Notes: generated by a model from the sequence alone, not told the origin. 36,048 nt of DNA from a virus (IMGVR_UViG_3300027820_000556:1-36048); one strand, 5' to 3'. Shown: positions 25,872 through 34,896, counted from the stretch's first letter. Program-made: numbers and translations.

Positions 25872-27373
25872 ACGGCAGAGAAGAATTAGACGCCCTGCGG
25901 CGCCTTTTGGAGCTAGAGGAAAAAGCTGGCGGGCAAACAAATGCGCCACAAGCCGAGCCGGGAATGACCGGCAGCATGGGCGCAAATCTCTTGGACTCGT
26001 TTACGTCAACCTTCGGAGCTGGAGATGAAATAACGGCAACGGAAGCTGCGGTCCTTGGCCGTGGGCCGGAAGGCGGGTTTTTCGACTATTCAAAACCGTA
26101 TGGGGAGCGGTACGACACGGCCTTGAAGTATGAGCGCGATCAGAACAAGGCGTTCAAAGAAAAGCACCCAATCATCGCCACAACCACAGAGATTCTTGGC
26201 GATGTATTGAACCCGGTGAACAAGCTGGCACCGGGGCTTGGGGGTGCAAAGACCCTCGGCGGCAAGGTTGCGGCGGGTGCCGGGCAAGGCGCCGCCTATG
26301 GGGCCGGGTATGGCTTCCTGACCGGCGAAGGCGAGCAAGACCGCCTTGAGGGTGCGGCTTATGGCGGCGCACTGGGCGCGGCTACGGGGGGCGCCCTTGG
26401 GTATGCAGGCGGGAAATTAACGCAAAAGCACAAAACGGCGCCAACTGTAGATGCCCTTATCGCAAAAAGCCGGGCGTCCTTTAAAGCCGCGGAAAAGTCC
26501 GGGGCGATTATCCGCAGGGAGAGCTTTAAGGCTGCCGCCAATGAGATAAGGGACGCCGCCGCAAGGGAGGGAATTGACAAAACCTTGCACCCGAAGGCCC
26601 TGGCAGCCTTGAAGCGGATAACCGACATTGACGAGCACGTTACGATTGAAGGTGCGGAAACCCTCCGCCGCGTGCTTAATGGCGTTCGGAAGAGCACGGA
26701 CCCGGACGAGGCCCGCATCGGGCGGCTTATCCTGGACAAATTTGACGACTACATGGAGGGCCTGGGCAGGCGCGACCTTCTTGCGGGGACCAATGAGGCG
26801 GTAAAGATCTTAAAAACCGCAAGGGGGCTATGGGCGCGCGCAATGAAAGGCGAAACCGCCAACAAGCTGATACAACGCGCCCATGACGGGTCGTCAAAGT
26901 ATTCAAGCGCAGGTCTTGAAAACACCCTGCGGCAAGAGTTTCGTCGCCTGCTTTTAAATGAAGGCAAAATGCGGCAGTTTAGCAAGGCCGAACAAGATGC
27001 CATCCGCAGGGTGGCAAAGGGCGGTGGCCGTTTGTCGGCGGCAAATATCACTAGATATTTAGGGAAGCTCGCGCCAACAGGAATTATTAGCTCGGCCCTT
27101 TCCGGCGGCATTGGTTACTCTGTAGGGGGGCCTGCAGGAGCGGCGGTAACTCTTGGCGGGGGGGCTGTTGCCAGGGAGGCGTCCAGGGCGCTCACAGCGA
27201 GAAATGCGCGGCTTGCATCTGAAATTATGCGGCAGGGAGGCCCGGTTGTTTCGCAGGGGCAGCTTACGCAATTGCAATCCAGGCTGGCGAAGGCGCTGCT
27301 ATCTGGCGGAGTCCCCGCCGGGGCGGGCGCAACTCAACCCGTCTTTATGCCGCGGACTAGCACGGCCCGATAA
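25868..27373 (+). CDS. Internal virion / DNA ejection protein
   Basis: 501 aa with Gly/Ala-rich hydrophobic segments; position. Confidence 0.7.
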   Translation: MNGREELDALRRLLELEEKAGGQTNAPQAEPGMTGSMGANLLDSFTSTFGAGDEITATEAAVLGRGPEGGFFDYSKPYGERYDTALKYERDQNKAFKEKHPIIATTTEILGDVLNPVNKLAPGLGGAKTLGGKVAAGAGQGAAYGAGYGFLTGEGEQDRLEGAAYGGALGAATGGALGYAGGKLTQKHKTAPTVDALIAKSRASFKAAEKSGAIIRRESFKAAANEIRDAAAREGIDKTLHPKALAALKRITDIDEHVTIEGAETLRRVLNGVRKSTDPDEARIGRLILDKFDDYMEGLGRRDLLAGTNEAVKILKTARGLWARAMKGETANKLIQRAHDGSSKYSSAGLENTLRQEFRRLLLNEGKMRQFSKAEQDAIRRVAKGGGRLSAANITRYLGKLAPTGIISSALSGGIGYSVGGPAGAAVTLGGGAVAREASRALTARNARLASEIMRQGGPVVSQGQLTQLQSRLAKALLSGGVPAGAGATQPVFMPRTSTAR

Positions 27374-27545
27374 GGTAGGTGCATACGCCAAGATGAATGA
27401 CGCCTGGCAACCACCAATACGTTAAGACATAGAACGCGCCGCCGACGGCAACGCCGACGGCACAAACAATAACCCTATTCTTGAATATCAGGAATCCGTC
27501 TGTCCGGGCAACAGCCCTTAAAGCCCGGCGGAGGTTCATGCTCAT
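27357..27545 (-). CDS. Small membrane protein, antisense to the late operon
   Basis: 62 aa with two hydrophobic stretches; fills the intergenic gap. Confidence 0.45.
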   Translation of the reverse strand: MSMNLRRALRAVARTDGFLIFKNRVIVCAVGVAVGGAFYVLTYWWLPGVIHLGVCTYLIGPC

Positions 27546-27597
27546 GCGGGCAGCCTAGCAGGCGTAGATCACTACATCAACAGAGAAAGAACGCATT

Positions 27598-28656
27598 ATG
27601 GCACGCGACGGATCAGGAAATTACACATTACCGGAGGCGGCGTTTGTCCCAGACACAGTGGCAAACGCAACGGCGGTGAATAGCGACTTTTCCGATATTG
27701 CTTCGGCATTAACGGCAAGCATCGCAAAAGACGGGCAGACAACTCCTACCGCCGACCTTCCTATGGGGGGGTATAACCATACGGGGCTTGGTACCGCCTC
27801 AGCAGCAGCGGATAGCCTTTCTCTCGGACAGGCGCAGGCGGAGGCATTTATCTGGTGCGGAACGGCTGGGGGAACGGCGGACGCAATAACATTGACGCCA
27901 ACGCCGTCTATTACGGCCTACGCTGCCGGACAGCGTTTTGCGTGGATCGCGGGGGCCTCGCCAAACACGGGCGCGGCGACGGTGGCTATTTCGGGTCTTG
28001 CGACGAAGGCAATACAGCGCAACGGCGCTGCGCTGGTAGCCGACGATGTTGTGGCGGGGAAATTATATCAAATAAGTTATGATGGAACGCAATTCCAACT
28101 GATGCCTGTTCAAACGGCGGCGACGCTGACCGGGACGGAGACGCTCACTAACAAGTCCCTTACTTCCCCTACCATCACAGGTGGGGTGATCACAGGGATA
28201 ACAGACATCACCGTTACGGACGGCGGGACGGGGGCGTCAACAGCGGCGGCGGCTAGAGCAAATTTAGAGATAGAATATGCCACGCAGGCAGAGCAGGAAG
28301 CAGCGACGGCAACCGACAAGGTTGTCGCTCCTGGGACGCAGCAATACCACCCTGGCACGGCAAAGTTTTGGGTCAAATTCAACGGGACAACGGGAGCAAT
28401 ACAATCCAGCCACAATGTTACTAGCGTCGTAAGGAATTCCGCGGGCGATTACACCATTACAATTGCCACCGACTTTTCCGACGCGACCTGGGCCTGTCTT
28501 GTGTCAGCAGAAAACCAGGCATCCGTTGTTGTTAACGGGTCCGTGAAAAACACGGGGCAGGCGGCTGGAACCGTGGTTATTCAGTACAATAATTCTACGA
28601 CAGGCGCGGCAGCCGACCCTGTTTATGGCCATGTCATCGGATTCGGGGATCAATGA
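27598..28656 (+). CDS. Tail fibre protein
   Basis: MARDGSG.Y..P anchor; GGTGASTAAAARANL repeat; AKFWVKFNG...S.NV.SV...G.Y C-terminal domain. Confidence 0.85.
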   Translation: MARDGSGNYTLPEAAFVPDTVANATAVNSDFSDIASALTASIAKDGQTTPTADLPMGGYNHTGLGTASAAADSLSLGQAQAEAFIWCGTAGGTADAITLTPTPSITAYAAGQRFAWIAGASPNTGAATVAISGLATKAIQRNGAALVADDVVAGKLYQISYDGTQFQLMPVQTAATLTGTETLTNKSLTSPTITGGVITGITDITVTDGGTGASTAAAARANLEIEYATQAEQEAATATDKVVAPGTQQYHPGTAKFWVKFNGTTGAIQSSHNVTSVVRNSAGDYTITIATDFSDATWACLVSAENQASVVVNGSVKNTGQAAGTVVIQYNNSTTGAAADPVYGHVIGFGDQ

Positions 28657-28762
28657 TGCCACAGCAACAACTTGACACGCGCGTGATCGAGACTGCAAAA
28701 ACCGCAGAAAGCATTGTGCGCCATATGGCTCGAAGATGTCCTAGCGGTAACGAACCAATAAA

Positions 28763-29014
28763 ATGCTAACCGAAACAGAAATAGACCATATTGCCGAAAA
28801 GGTTTCATGCCGTCTGGTGCGGTATGGGCTCGATATGAAAAACCCAATCGACATGCAGCAAGACCTTGCCTTCCTGCGGCACCAGCGGCAATCCGCAGAA
28901 AGCTTTGGGGCCAATGTCCGGCGAACGCTCGTGTATGGGAGCGTCATGTCTTTCGTCGGTGGCGTGGCCTATGTAATTGGGCGCATTATAGTTGCCGCCC
29001 TTCGCAATCAATAG
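28763..29014 (+). CDS. Small membrane protein (possible holin-region gene)
   Basis: G.D..NP..MQ.D.AFLR plus a C-terminal transmembrane helix. Confidence 0.6.
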   Translation: MLTETEIDHIAEKVSCRLVRYGLDMKNPIDMQQDLAFLRHQRQSAESFGANVRRTLVYGSVMSFVGGVAYVIGRIIVAALRNQ

Positions 29015-29026
29015 CAAAGGTGTCAT

Positions 29027-30193
29027 ATGAGCGGTTTCCAGCGTGACGCAAATCTGCGTCAGTTCGCAACGGAACGACAATGGGAGATTTTAGAGGCATA
29101 CAGCACGGAAGGCACTACCCGCGCGGCGGCGGAAAAACTAGGGGTTCATCAGGCCGTTGTTGGCAGAGTGGTCAAGGCGGTAAAAAAGAAGGCCGCCCTT
29201 GCAGGCTATTCGCCCCAGCATGACATGACGCATCCGGCCCCGGATGGCTTTTCCGTCAAAGGCGTCTCGACATATTACTCCGAAGGGGCGGTTGTTGGCC
29301 AGTGGGTCAAAACCAGTGCTGATAAGGAGCGGCAGGAGGCGCTTCTGCGGGCCGCCATGGAGGGGCTTGCGGAACAATTGCCAAAAGCAAAGCCAACAAA
29401 ACCGCCCGAGCGCACGACATCATCCACAATGGCCTGCTATCCGATAGGCGATCACCATTTAGGAATGTATGCCTGGCATGAAGAGGCCGGGGAAAACTAC
29501 GACCTTTCCATTGGTGAAAAGCTTCTAAGCGGGGCCTTTGACCATCTTGTCGGGGCCACCCCGGCTTGCGACAAGGCCACCATCGTTTCCCTCGGGGATT
29601 TTCTGCATTATGACTCCATGGAGCCGGTTACGCCAACGGCGAAGAATAGCCTTGATTCGGACGGCCGGTTTTCTGAAATGGTCCGGGTGGCCTTTCGGTC
29701 CATTCGTTACGCAATCGACCGGGCGCTAAAAAAGCACAAGACCGTTCATGTAATTATCGAGATTGGGAACCACGACCTCGCCGTCTCGGTTTGTCTCATG
29801 GAGGCGCTTTCCTGCATTTTCGATAACGAGCCAAGGGTTACGGTTGACACGTCGCCCCGACATTTCCATTATTTTGATTTCGGGAAAACCCTTGTGGGCG
29901 TTCACCACGGCCACGGCCCGAAGCTGGATCAACTCCCGCTAATCATGGCAACCGACCAGCCGAAAAAGTGGGGGGGCGCCGAACATCGCTACTGGTGGAC
30001 GGGGCATATCCACAAACAAACGGTTCTTGATATTCAGGGTTGCCGGGTGGAGTCCTTTCGCACGCTCCCGCCTAACGATGCCTGGGCCGCGAACAATGGG
30101 TATAGGGGATCAAGAAATATGACCGCCATCGTTCTGCACGAAAAATATGGCGAAGTCGCAAGGCACGTTGTCAACCCGGATATGATCAAATGA
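29027..30193 (+). CDS. Calcineurin-like metallophosphoesterase with N-terminal HTH
   Basis: D.H, GDFLH, GNHD, HHGH and GHIH motifs. Confidence 0.88.
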   Translation: MSGFQRDANLRQFATERQWEILEAYSTEGTTRAAAEKLGVHQAVVGRVVKAVKKKAALAGYSPQHDMTHPAPDGFSVKGVSTYYSEGAVVGQWVKTSADKERQEALLRAAMEGLAEQLPKAKPTKPPERTTSSTMACYPIGDHHLGMYAWHEEAGENYDLSIGEKLLSGAFDHLVGATPACDKATIVSLGDFLHYDSMEPVTPTAKNSLDSDGRFSEMVRVAFRSIRYAIDRALKKHKTVHVIIEIGNHDLAVSVCLMEALSCIFDNEPRVTVDTSPRHFHYFDFGKTLVGVHHGHGPKLDQLPLIMATDQPKKWGGAEHRYWWTGHIHKQTVLDIQGCRVESFRTLPPNDAWAANNGYRGSRNMTAIVLHEKYGEVARHVVNPDMIK

Positions 30194-30462
30194 AGGATAT
30201 TCTCGAAAAGGCGTTAAGCCTCGTCACGGGGGACCGGGCGGAACAGCATGGGGACTATATAAAGACGCATAGGAAAGTTGCGGCCTTGTGGTCGGCCTTC
30301 CTCGGAGTGGAAATATCCGCGTCGAAAGTGCCATTAATGCTGGCGCTTCTAAAGATGGCTCGCGCGGATCAGGGCAAGTACAACCCGGACGATTATGTCG
30401 ATTTGGCAGGATATGGGGCTATCGCGGGGGCTATTGCGAGGGACGCTGAAAAACATGGGTGA
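30190..30462 (+). CDS. DUF6378-like helical protein
   Basis: A..LV.GDR...HG...A.LWS..L...LLK.AR....D.YVDLAGY. Confidence 0.8.
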   Translation: MKDILEKALSLVTGDRAEQHGDYIKTHRKVAALWSAFLGVEISASKVPLMLALLKMARADQGKYNPDDYVDLAGYGAIAGAIARDAEKHG

Positions 30463-30883
30463 CGTTCGATTTTTGTCTTGGCGCGATATTTCGGGAGATT
30501 TCTGGCGATGGAAAAACTTCACTCCTGACGAGTTTGCGTCTCGCGGCTCCGGTGCGCTTTTGGTCGTCCCGGAATTTATGGACAAAATTCAGGCTCTCCG
30601 CGAGGCGCTTGGGCGGCCCATGGTCATCACGTCCGGCTATCGGACCCCCGAACACAATGAGCGCGTCTCAACGACCGGCAGGGCGGGACCTCACACAACC
30701 GGCAGGGCGGCGGACGTTGCCATACATGGCGAGGCGGCCCTTGATTTGCTGTCCATAGTGAAGGCCCACGGGTTTACAGGTATTGGCATCAGCCAAAAGG
30801 GGCCGATTGCGGATCGGTTTATCCATCTTGACGATCTTCCCAAGGATATCGGACGCCCGCGTCCGTGGACATGGAGTTATTGA
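30455..30883 (+). CDS. Peptidase M15A endolysin
   Basis: NF...EF, ITSGYR...N, H..G.AAD and FIHLD zinc-peptidase motifs. Confidence 0.9.
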   Translation: MGDVRFLSWRDISGDFWRWKNFTPDEFASRGSGALLVVPEFMDKIQALREALGRPMVITSGYRTPEHNERVSTTGRAGPHTTGRAADVAIHGEAALDLLSIVKAHGFTGIGISQKGPIADRFIHLDDLPKDIGRPRPWTWSY

Positions 30884-30884
30884 T

Positions 30885-31310
30885 ATGGACCCGATTGAAA
30901 GCGTTGTGAAAGGCGTCGCCGGGCCGTTGTTCGGCTTGGTCGATTCCCTGTTCACAAGCGACGAGGAACGGGAGGCCGCGAAGCTCCGCCTCCTTGAAAT
31001 GGAGCAGCGCGGCGAATTGGCACAGATTGCCGTCAACATTCAAGAGGCGAAAAGCGAAAACCTTTTCAAGTCCGGCTGGCGGCCCTTCATTGGATGGACG
31101 TGCGGGGCCGCGCTTGCTTACGAGTTTGTGGGAAAGCCCGTGCTGCTTTTCCTAATCAACGCATCCGCCCTTTGGTTTGGCGGCCCGGTTTTTGACCCGT
31201 CCATCTTGCCCATTTTGGACTGGGCAGCGTTGATGCCTGTTCTTCTTGGGATGCTTGGGCTTGGATCGCTTCGGACGGTAGAGAAGATAAAAGGGAGGTC
31301 CAAATCATGA
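30885..31310 (+). CDS. Holin (3TM GTA-release type)
   Basis: N..EA....F.SGWRPFIGW...LLGMLGLG.LRT.EK. Confidence 0.85.
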   Translation: MDPIESVVKGVAGPLFGLVDSLFTSDEEREAAKLRLLEMEQRGELAQIAVNIQEAKSENLFKSGWRPFIGWTCGAALAYEFVGKPVLLFLINASALWFGGPVFDPSILPILDWAALMPVLLGMLGLGSLRTVEKIKGRSKS

Positions 31311-31588
31311 ACATCGAGAAAATGTCAGCCCGCGTGAAGGCCATAACCGCAATCGGCGTTTTCCTTGCCGGTGGCTGGTGGCTGGCGGACGAGTTTGGCG
31401 TGCGCCCCGTTCTAAGCCGCGACCTCGACCCGCTTTCCGTCCAAGTTGCTGCAAATACGAGCGGTTTTCTGTGGCTAAGGTATCGACAATTGGAAAAAAC
31501 GAAAAAATACCGGATTTTGACCCCAAGGGAATGTGCCGAATACCGGGGCATCGCCGAGCAGCTTAACTTGCCGGTGCCGTCATGTTAG
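31307..31588 (+). CDS. Hypothetical protein with an N-terminal transmembrane helix
   Basis: 93 aa; ATGA-coupled to the holin. Confidence 0.6.
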   Translation: MNIEKMSARVKAITAIGVFLAGGWWLADEFGVRPVLSRDLDPLSVQVAANTSGFLWLRYRQLEKTKKYRILTPRECAEYRGIAEQLNLPVPSC

Positions 31589-32052
31589 GCGCGGCTTTTG
31601 TAGTGGGGGGCCTCCTGAACCGCTGGCGTGGGGGCTGGCTGGCCTTCCCGGCCTCACACAACGCGAGGCGTGCGGGGCTAACGCTCGGCCTAGCGGTCGT
31701 TGTCCTGGCCACCACGGGCAGCCCCAGCGCCGCCGCGGCGGCTATTCTGCTCTTCCCTGGCCTCCTGCCGCCATGGGGCGAGTGGTTTGACATGGACCAT
31801 GACGATGACCTATGGGGCATGACGGGCCGTGGGCTTATCCTGACGGCCCCCATGGGGGGCGCCTTTGACCTTCTTGGATATGGGCCGTGGATTATCCTGT
31901 CCGGGGCCTTGATGGGGCCGATCTACTGGCTTGCGTGGTGGGCGCACGACAGGATCAGCCTGAATCGAAACACTTTTCTCGATGGCCCAACTTCGGCGGC
32001 GGAGGTCGTCTTTATGGGATGGGTATTTTTGGCCGTGGTCTTATCCGTATGA
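31582..32052 (+). CDS. Multi-pass membrane protein
   Basis: 156 aa hydrophobic; NRWRGG motif. Confidence 0.65.
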   Translation: MLGAAFVVGGLLNRWRGGWLAFPASHNARRAGLTLGLAVVVLATTGSPSAAAAAILLFPGLLPPWGEWFDMDHDDDLWGMTGRGLILTAPMGGAFDLLGYGPWIILSGALMGPIYWLAWWAHDRISLNRNTFLDGPTSAAEVVFMGWVFLAVVLSV

Positions 32053-32297
32053 AGCTGGCAGTTGTGGACTGGCTGGATATCCTCGTCCTCTCCGGCTGGG
32101 CGAAAAAGAGCGACAGGGCCGTTCCAAGCCCATGCCGCTCCGTGGGGTGGGTCGTTGAAAAAACAAAGGATTATATTCTCCTGACGGCGGATATTGACGG
32201 CCACAGCCCGACGCCGGATTGCGAGGACGCCTACAACCGCCGAATTGTTATCCCCATGGGGTGCGTGAAGAAAATCCGCTACCTGAAAACGCAATAG
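32049..32297 (+). CDS. Conserved phage protein
   Basis: V.W.D....GW...C.SVGW...IP.GCV motif; 82 aa. Confidence 0.7.
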   Translation: MKLAVVDWLDILVLSGWAKKSDRAVPSPCRSVGWVVEKTKDYILLTADIDGHSPTPDCEDAYNRRIVIPMGCVKKIRYLKTQ

Positions 32298-32550
32298 CCG
32301 CGCCGCGATTCTCTAGGTAGCGCCCAACATCACTTTATCTTTGGGCATCTTTGCCAAGCCACACTAAGCAAAGTACCGCGAGTTTAAAGGAGTGGCAACG
32401 TCTGGTAGTGTCTCAGTTTGAAATAAATGGCGGTTTTAAAGGTGTTTATGGCCCGATAACATGTATTTAACGTATTATCAGGTAGTTTTTTAATAGGTAT
32501 GCATTACCTATAGCTGTGTATAACAGGGATAAGTTAGGCTAGGAGTTTAA

Positions 32551-32991
32551 ATGCCTAAGGGACCGCAAGGACAAAAACGCCCCGCAGATTCCGTTGGGTG
32601 CGCTGTGAGAGTGGCGCAGATCGCAACGGGCGCGATTGATGAAGCTTTGACGGCTAAATCCGGGCGTGTGCGCTCCGGGAAGGCTGGAGCGAAAGCGCGG
32701 GCCGAAAAACTTACTGGGGAAGAGCGCGTTGCTATCGCGAAGCGAGCAGCAGCCGCTAGATGGAAGAAAGGAAGAGAAATGAGCCAGATAAACAGGATGG
32801 TCAACACCCTGTTTCAAGGTTCGGAACAGGGCGTCAGTAACGTAAAGTTTTTTCTTGGCGACCAGCGGGCGACTGCTGAGGAGGTTGCCGAGCAGGTTAA
32901 TGCTGTCTTTGCACAAGAGCGTGCGGGCGTTACGACGGTTATAGAAACCCTTGATTCAGACTTGAATGAAACCGATACATTAAGGGCATGA
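32551..32991 (+). CDS. IS passenger protein (basic N-domain plus acidic C-domain)
   Basis: MPKGP.G.KRPAD...IATG...G.ARA..L...ER..IA..AA.ARW; AGGAG RBS. Confidence 0.8.
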   Translation: MPKGPQGQKRPADSVGCAVRVAQIATGAIDEALTAKSGRVRSGKAGAKARAEKLTGEERVAIAKRAAAARWKKGREMSQINRMVNTLFQGSEQGVSNVKFFLGDQRATAEEVAEQVNAVFAQERAGVTTVIETLDSDLNETDTLRA

Positions 32992-33170
32992 ACAGGCTGC
33001 CCTTACTCAAACGCACTCAAATTCTAAACATGCTGGTCGAGGGTTCCTCCATGCGGTCCATAAGCCGCGTGGTAGGCGCTTCCATCAACACGGTTACAAA
33101 GCTGCTGATTGATGCGCGAGCGCCGAAAGTTGGCAGACCGACGAATTACAAGGCCAGAAATTCAAACTGA
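32988..33170 (+). pseudogene. Internally deleted IS1-family transposase
   Basis: N-terminal HTH (ILNMLVEGSSMRSISRV...NTVTKLL) joined in frame to the C-terminal tail; no DDE core. Confidence 0.85.
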
Positions 33171-33191
33171 GACACTGCCCAACGTCTCATC

Positions 33192-33614
33192 CTACAAAAG
33201 CCCTTGCAACACCTTATGCGCCACGACAATCTCCGGGGAGATAAAGGCGACGTAGTTCCACAGGCTTAAAACTTTGGGTGTACCAGCGATAAGAGCAACA
33301 AGAAACATAGCAAATAACGGGATGCTACCAATCCAGAACGGCGGCTCGGGATTACTTTTCTGGTCCGCCTCATATAGTTCTCTACCGCGTGTCCACAGCC
33401 TCTTACAGACCGTTAAGAGCCCTGCGGCCGTTACAAGATACACAGCGCCCATCACAAGATCCTGCGCCGCTTCGACCTTAACTACGGTTAGCAGTGTATC
33501 CCAAGCTGCTGGAGACTTTGTAACGATGAGCTGCTCAAGTTTTTGAGAAAGGTCTAGAACCCTTTCCTCAATGGTGGGAAAAACTTCTGTCAACACGGAA
33601 GTTGCGTCGGTCAT
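33192..33614 (-). CDS. Membrane protein
   Basis: 140 aa, two hydrophobic segments; last gene of the leftward operon. Confidence 0.65.
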   Translation of the reverse strand: MTDATSVLTEVFPTIEERVLDLSQKLEQLIVTKSPAAWDTLLTVVKVEAAQDLVMGAVYLVTAAGLLTVCKRLWTRGRELYEADQKSNPEPPFWIGSIPLFAMFLVALIAGTPKVLSLWNYVAFISPEIVVAHKVLQGLL

Positions 33615-33853
33615 GTCTCAAGCTCCTTAAGGGCTATTTCACCTGCGTGCTGCGAGCAGTATGGCTTCCCGCCTATTTTATAAGATGCCCCCCTTTTGCA
33701 ACAGCCAACCGCCCACCCCATATCGTTCAATTTTTTTGCGCGCCTTTTTACATAACTATCCGACCACAGTTTTGTGTCCACCTTCTTACTGCATTGTTGC
33801 GACGCATGGTGGTGGTACTCCCTCCTTGGGTACATTCGCTTGAATGTTTTCAT
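33611..33853 (-). CDS. Small Cys/His-rich protein
   Basis: QC...C.R.A......YC.QHA; AAGGAG RBS. Confidence 0.65.
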   Translation of the reverse strand: MKTFKRMYPRREYHHHASQQCSKKVDTKLWSDSYVKRRAKKLNDMGWAVGCCKRGASYKIGGKPYCSQHAGEIALKELET

Positions 33854-33873
33854 GAACTGAATCTCCTTATTTT

Positions 33874-33988
33874 CTACAGTTGCCTTTCGATGATGTCGGC
33901 GAGTTTTTCAAAAGAGTAGCCACGGTCGTTTAAAATGCTGAGGCCGATTGGCGCGCTCTTTGCGAGGCGTTTCCTGTTTGGCCATCAT
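33874..33988 (-). pseudogene. Fused gene remnant
   Basis: Start MMAKQETPRKERA is out of frame with the recalled C-terminal motif LSILNDRGYSFEKLADIIERQL*. Confidence 0.45.
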
Positions 33989-34452
33989 CTAACCTCCGTC
34001 ATCCGCCCGCAGGCAGATAGAAATTCCGCCTCCAATGCCGTGAATTTCGCAAGCGCGGCTTGGTTTGTCGCCAATTCCGCCCTTGAGGAAACCCCGCAGG
34101 CCGTACGTATAAATTCCGCTGCGTTCGTTTCCTCGTCCGATCCCACGCCAAACCGTTCCTCGGCCCACTTCATAAACGCCTTATCCTGACAAAGCAGGGC
34201 CGCGCGGGTGACGGCTTTTTCCCCATCACTCTTTTCGGCGTAAACCGCCTTTTGCGGCGTTGCCTTTGGCTTTCCATCGTCGTCTAGCTGAACGGCGGTA
34301 ACGTGGTACATCGTCCCCAAGGGGGCCACGGCAAACTCCGCATCCACATCGTCTGGGTGCATGATAAAGGTGACGCTAATACCGTCTTGAGTTTGGCGGT
34401 AGGCGTGCTTCTTCGCCTCAAACTTGACGCCGTGGTATCTTAGGTCCGTCAT
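33985..34452 (-). CDS. Conserved hypothetical phage protein
   Basis: FEAKK....QT.DG...F..HP.D; A.LLC....F..W; CGV.SR.EL. Confidence 0.75.
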   Translation of the reverse strand: MTDLRYHGVKFEAKKHAYRQTQDGISVTFIMHPDDVDAEFAVAPLGTMYHVTAVQLDDDGKPKATPQKAVYAEKSDGEKAVTRAALLCQDKAFMKWAEERFGVGSDEETNAAEFIRTACGVSSRAELATNQAALAKFTALEAEFLSACGRMTEVR

Positions 34453-34555
34453 CGTTCTTGCCTTTCTTCTTCCGGTTGTATTTTGTCTTGTCCGGCTTGA
34501 CTCTCGGCTGATTTTGTTTCTCGGACAGGGCTTTTGCGACCGGGTTTTTACCCAT
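34418..34555 (-). CDS. 45-aa basic ArfA-like peptide (not in ORF track)
   Basis: MGKNPVAKALSEKQNQPRVKPDKTKYNRKKKGK...; TGATG-coupled to the upstream gene. Confidence 0.6.
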   Translation of the reverse strand: MGKNPVAKALSEKQNQPRVKPDKTKYNRKKKGKNDDGPKIPRRQV

Positions 34556-34896
34556 CAATCCGCCGCCCGTCTGAATCCCTCGGGGGCGCTTTCTCGCTGG
34601 CGCCGGATTTCGTAATTGCCAGCGGGGAGCATGATCGTCTCATGCGTGTCGAAGGCTCGTTTGTGCTCGATTTTTGCATCCCCGAGCGACCGCACATAGG
34701 CGACAAAGGCGTCGTCCGCTGCCTCGAACACTTCCGCCTTTGGGCGCTCGATAACATGGTGATGACCAGTCTCGCTGTGGGCGACAATATATACGTCGCC
34801 ATCGGGTTTGGCCGACGTGGCGTTTGCAGGGATTTCGTCAATGCGAAAAACGCAAAGGTCGCCTTGAAAAGCCGGTAGGTCTGTTACGATTTTCAT
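34555..34896 (-). CDS. His-rich beta-strand protein, partner of the repeat protein
   Basis: QGD...ETGHHH...H....H....L..G.YEIRRQRE; ATGA-coupled. Confidence 0.8.
   Translation of the reverse strand: MKIVTDLPAFQGDLCVFRIDEIPANATSAKPDGDVYIVAHSETGHHHVIERPKAEVFEAADDAFVAYVRSLGDAKIEHKRAFDTHETIMLPAGNYEIRRQRESAPEGFRRAAD

Larger units (their letters stand above)
32404..33179 (+). mobile_element. Non-autonomous IS1-family (ISMhu11-like) element, 776 bp
   Basis: Left IR GGTAGTGTCTCAGTTTGAAAT; right IR 19/21 match at 33159-33179; 8-bp target duplication CAACGTCT at 32396-32403 and 33180-33187. Confidence 0.93.

Noticed and set aside
8575-33179. Diversity-generating retroelement (template/variable repeat pair)
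   Set aside because: Mismatches are not adenine-specific, the repeat is an IS end, and no reverse transcriptase is visible
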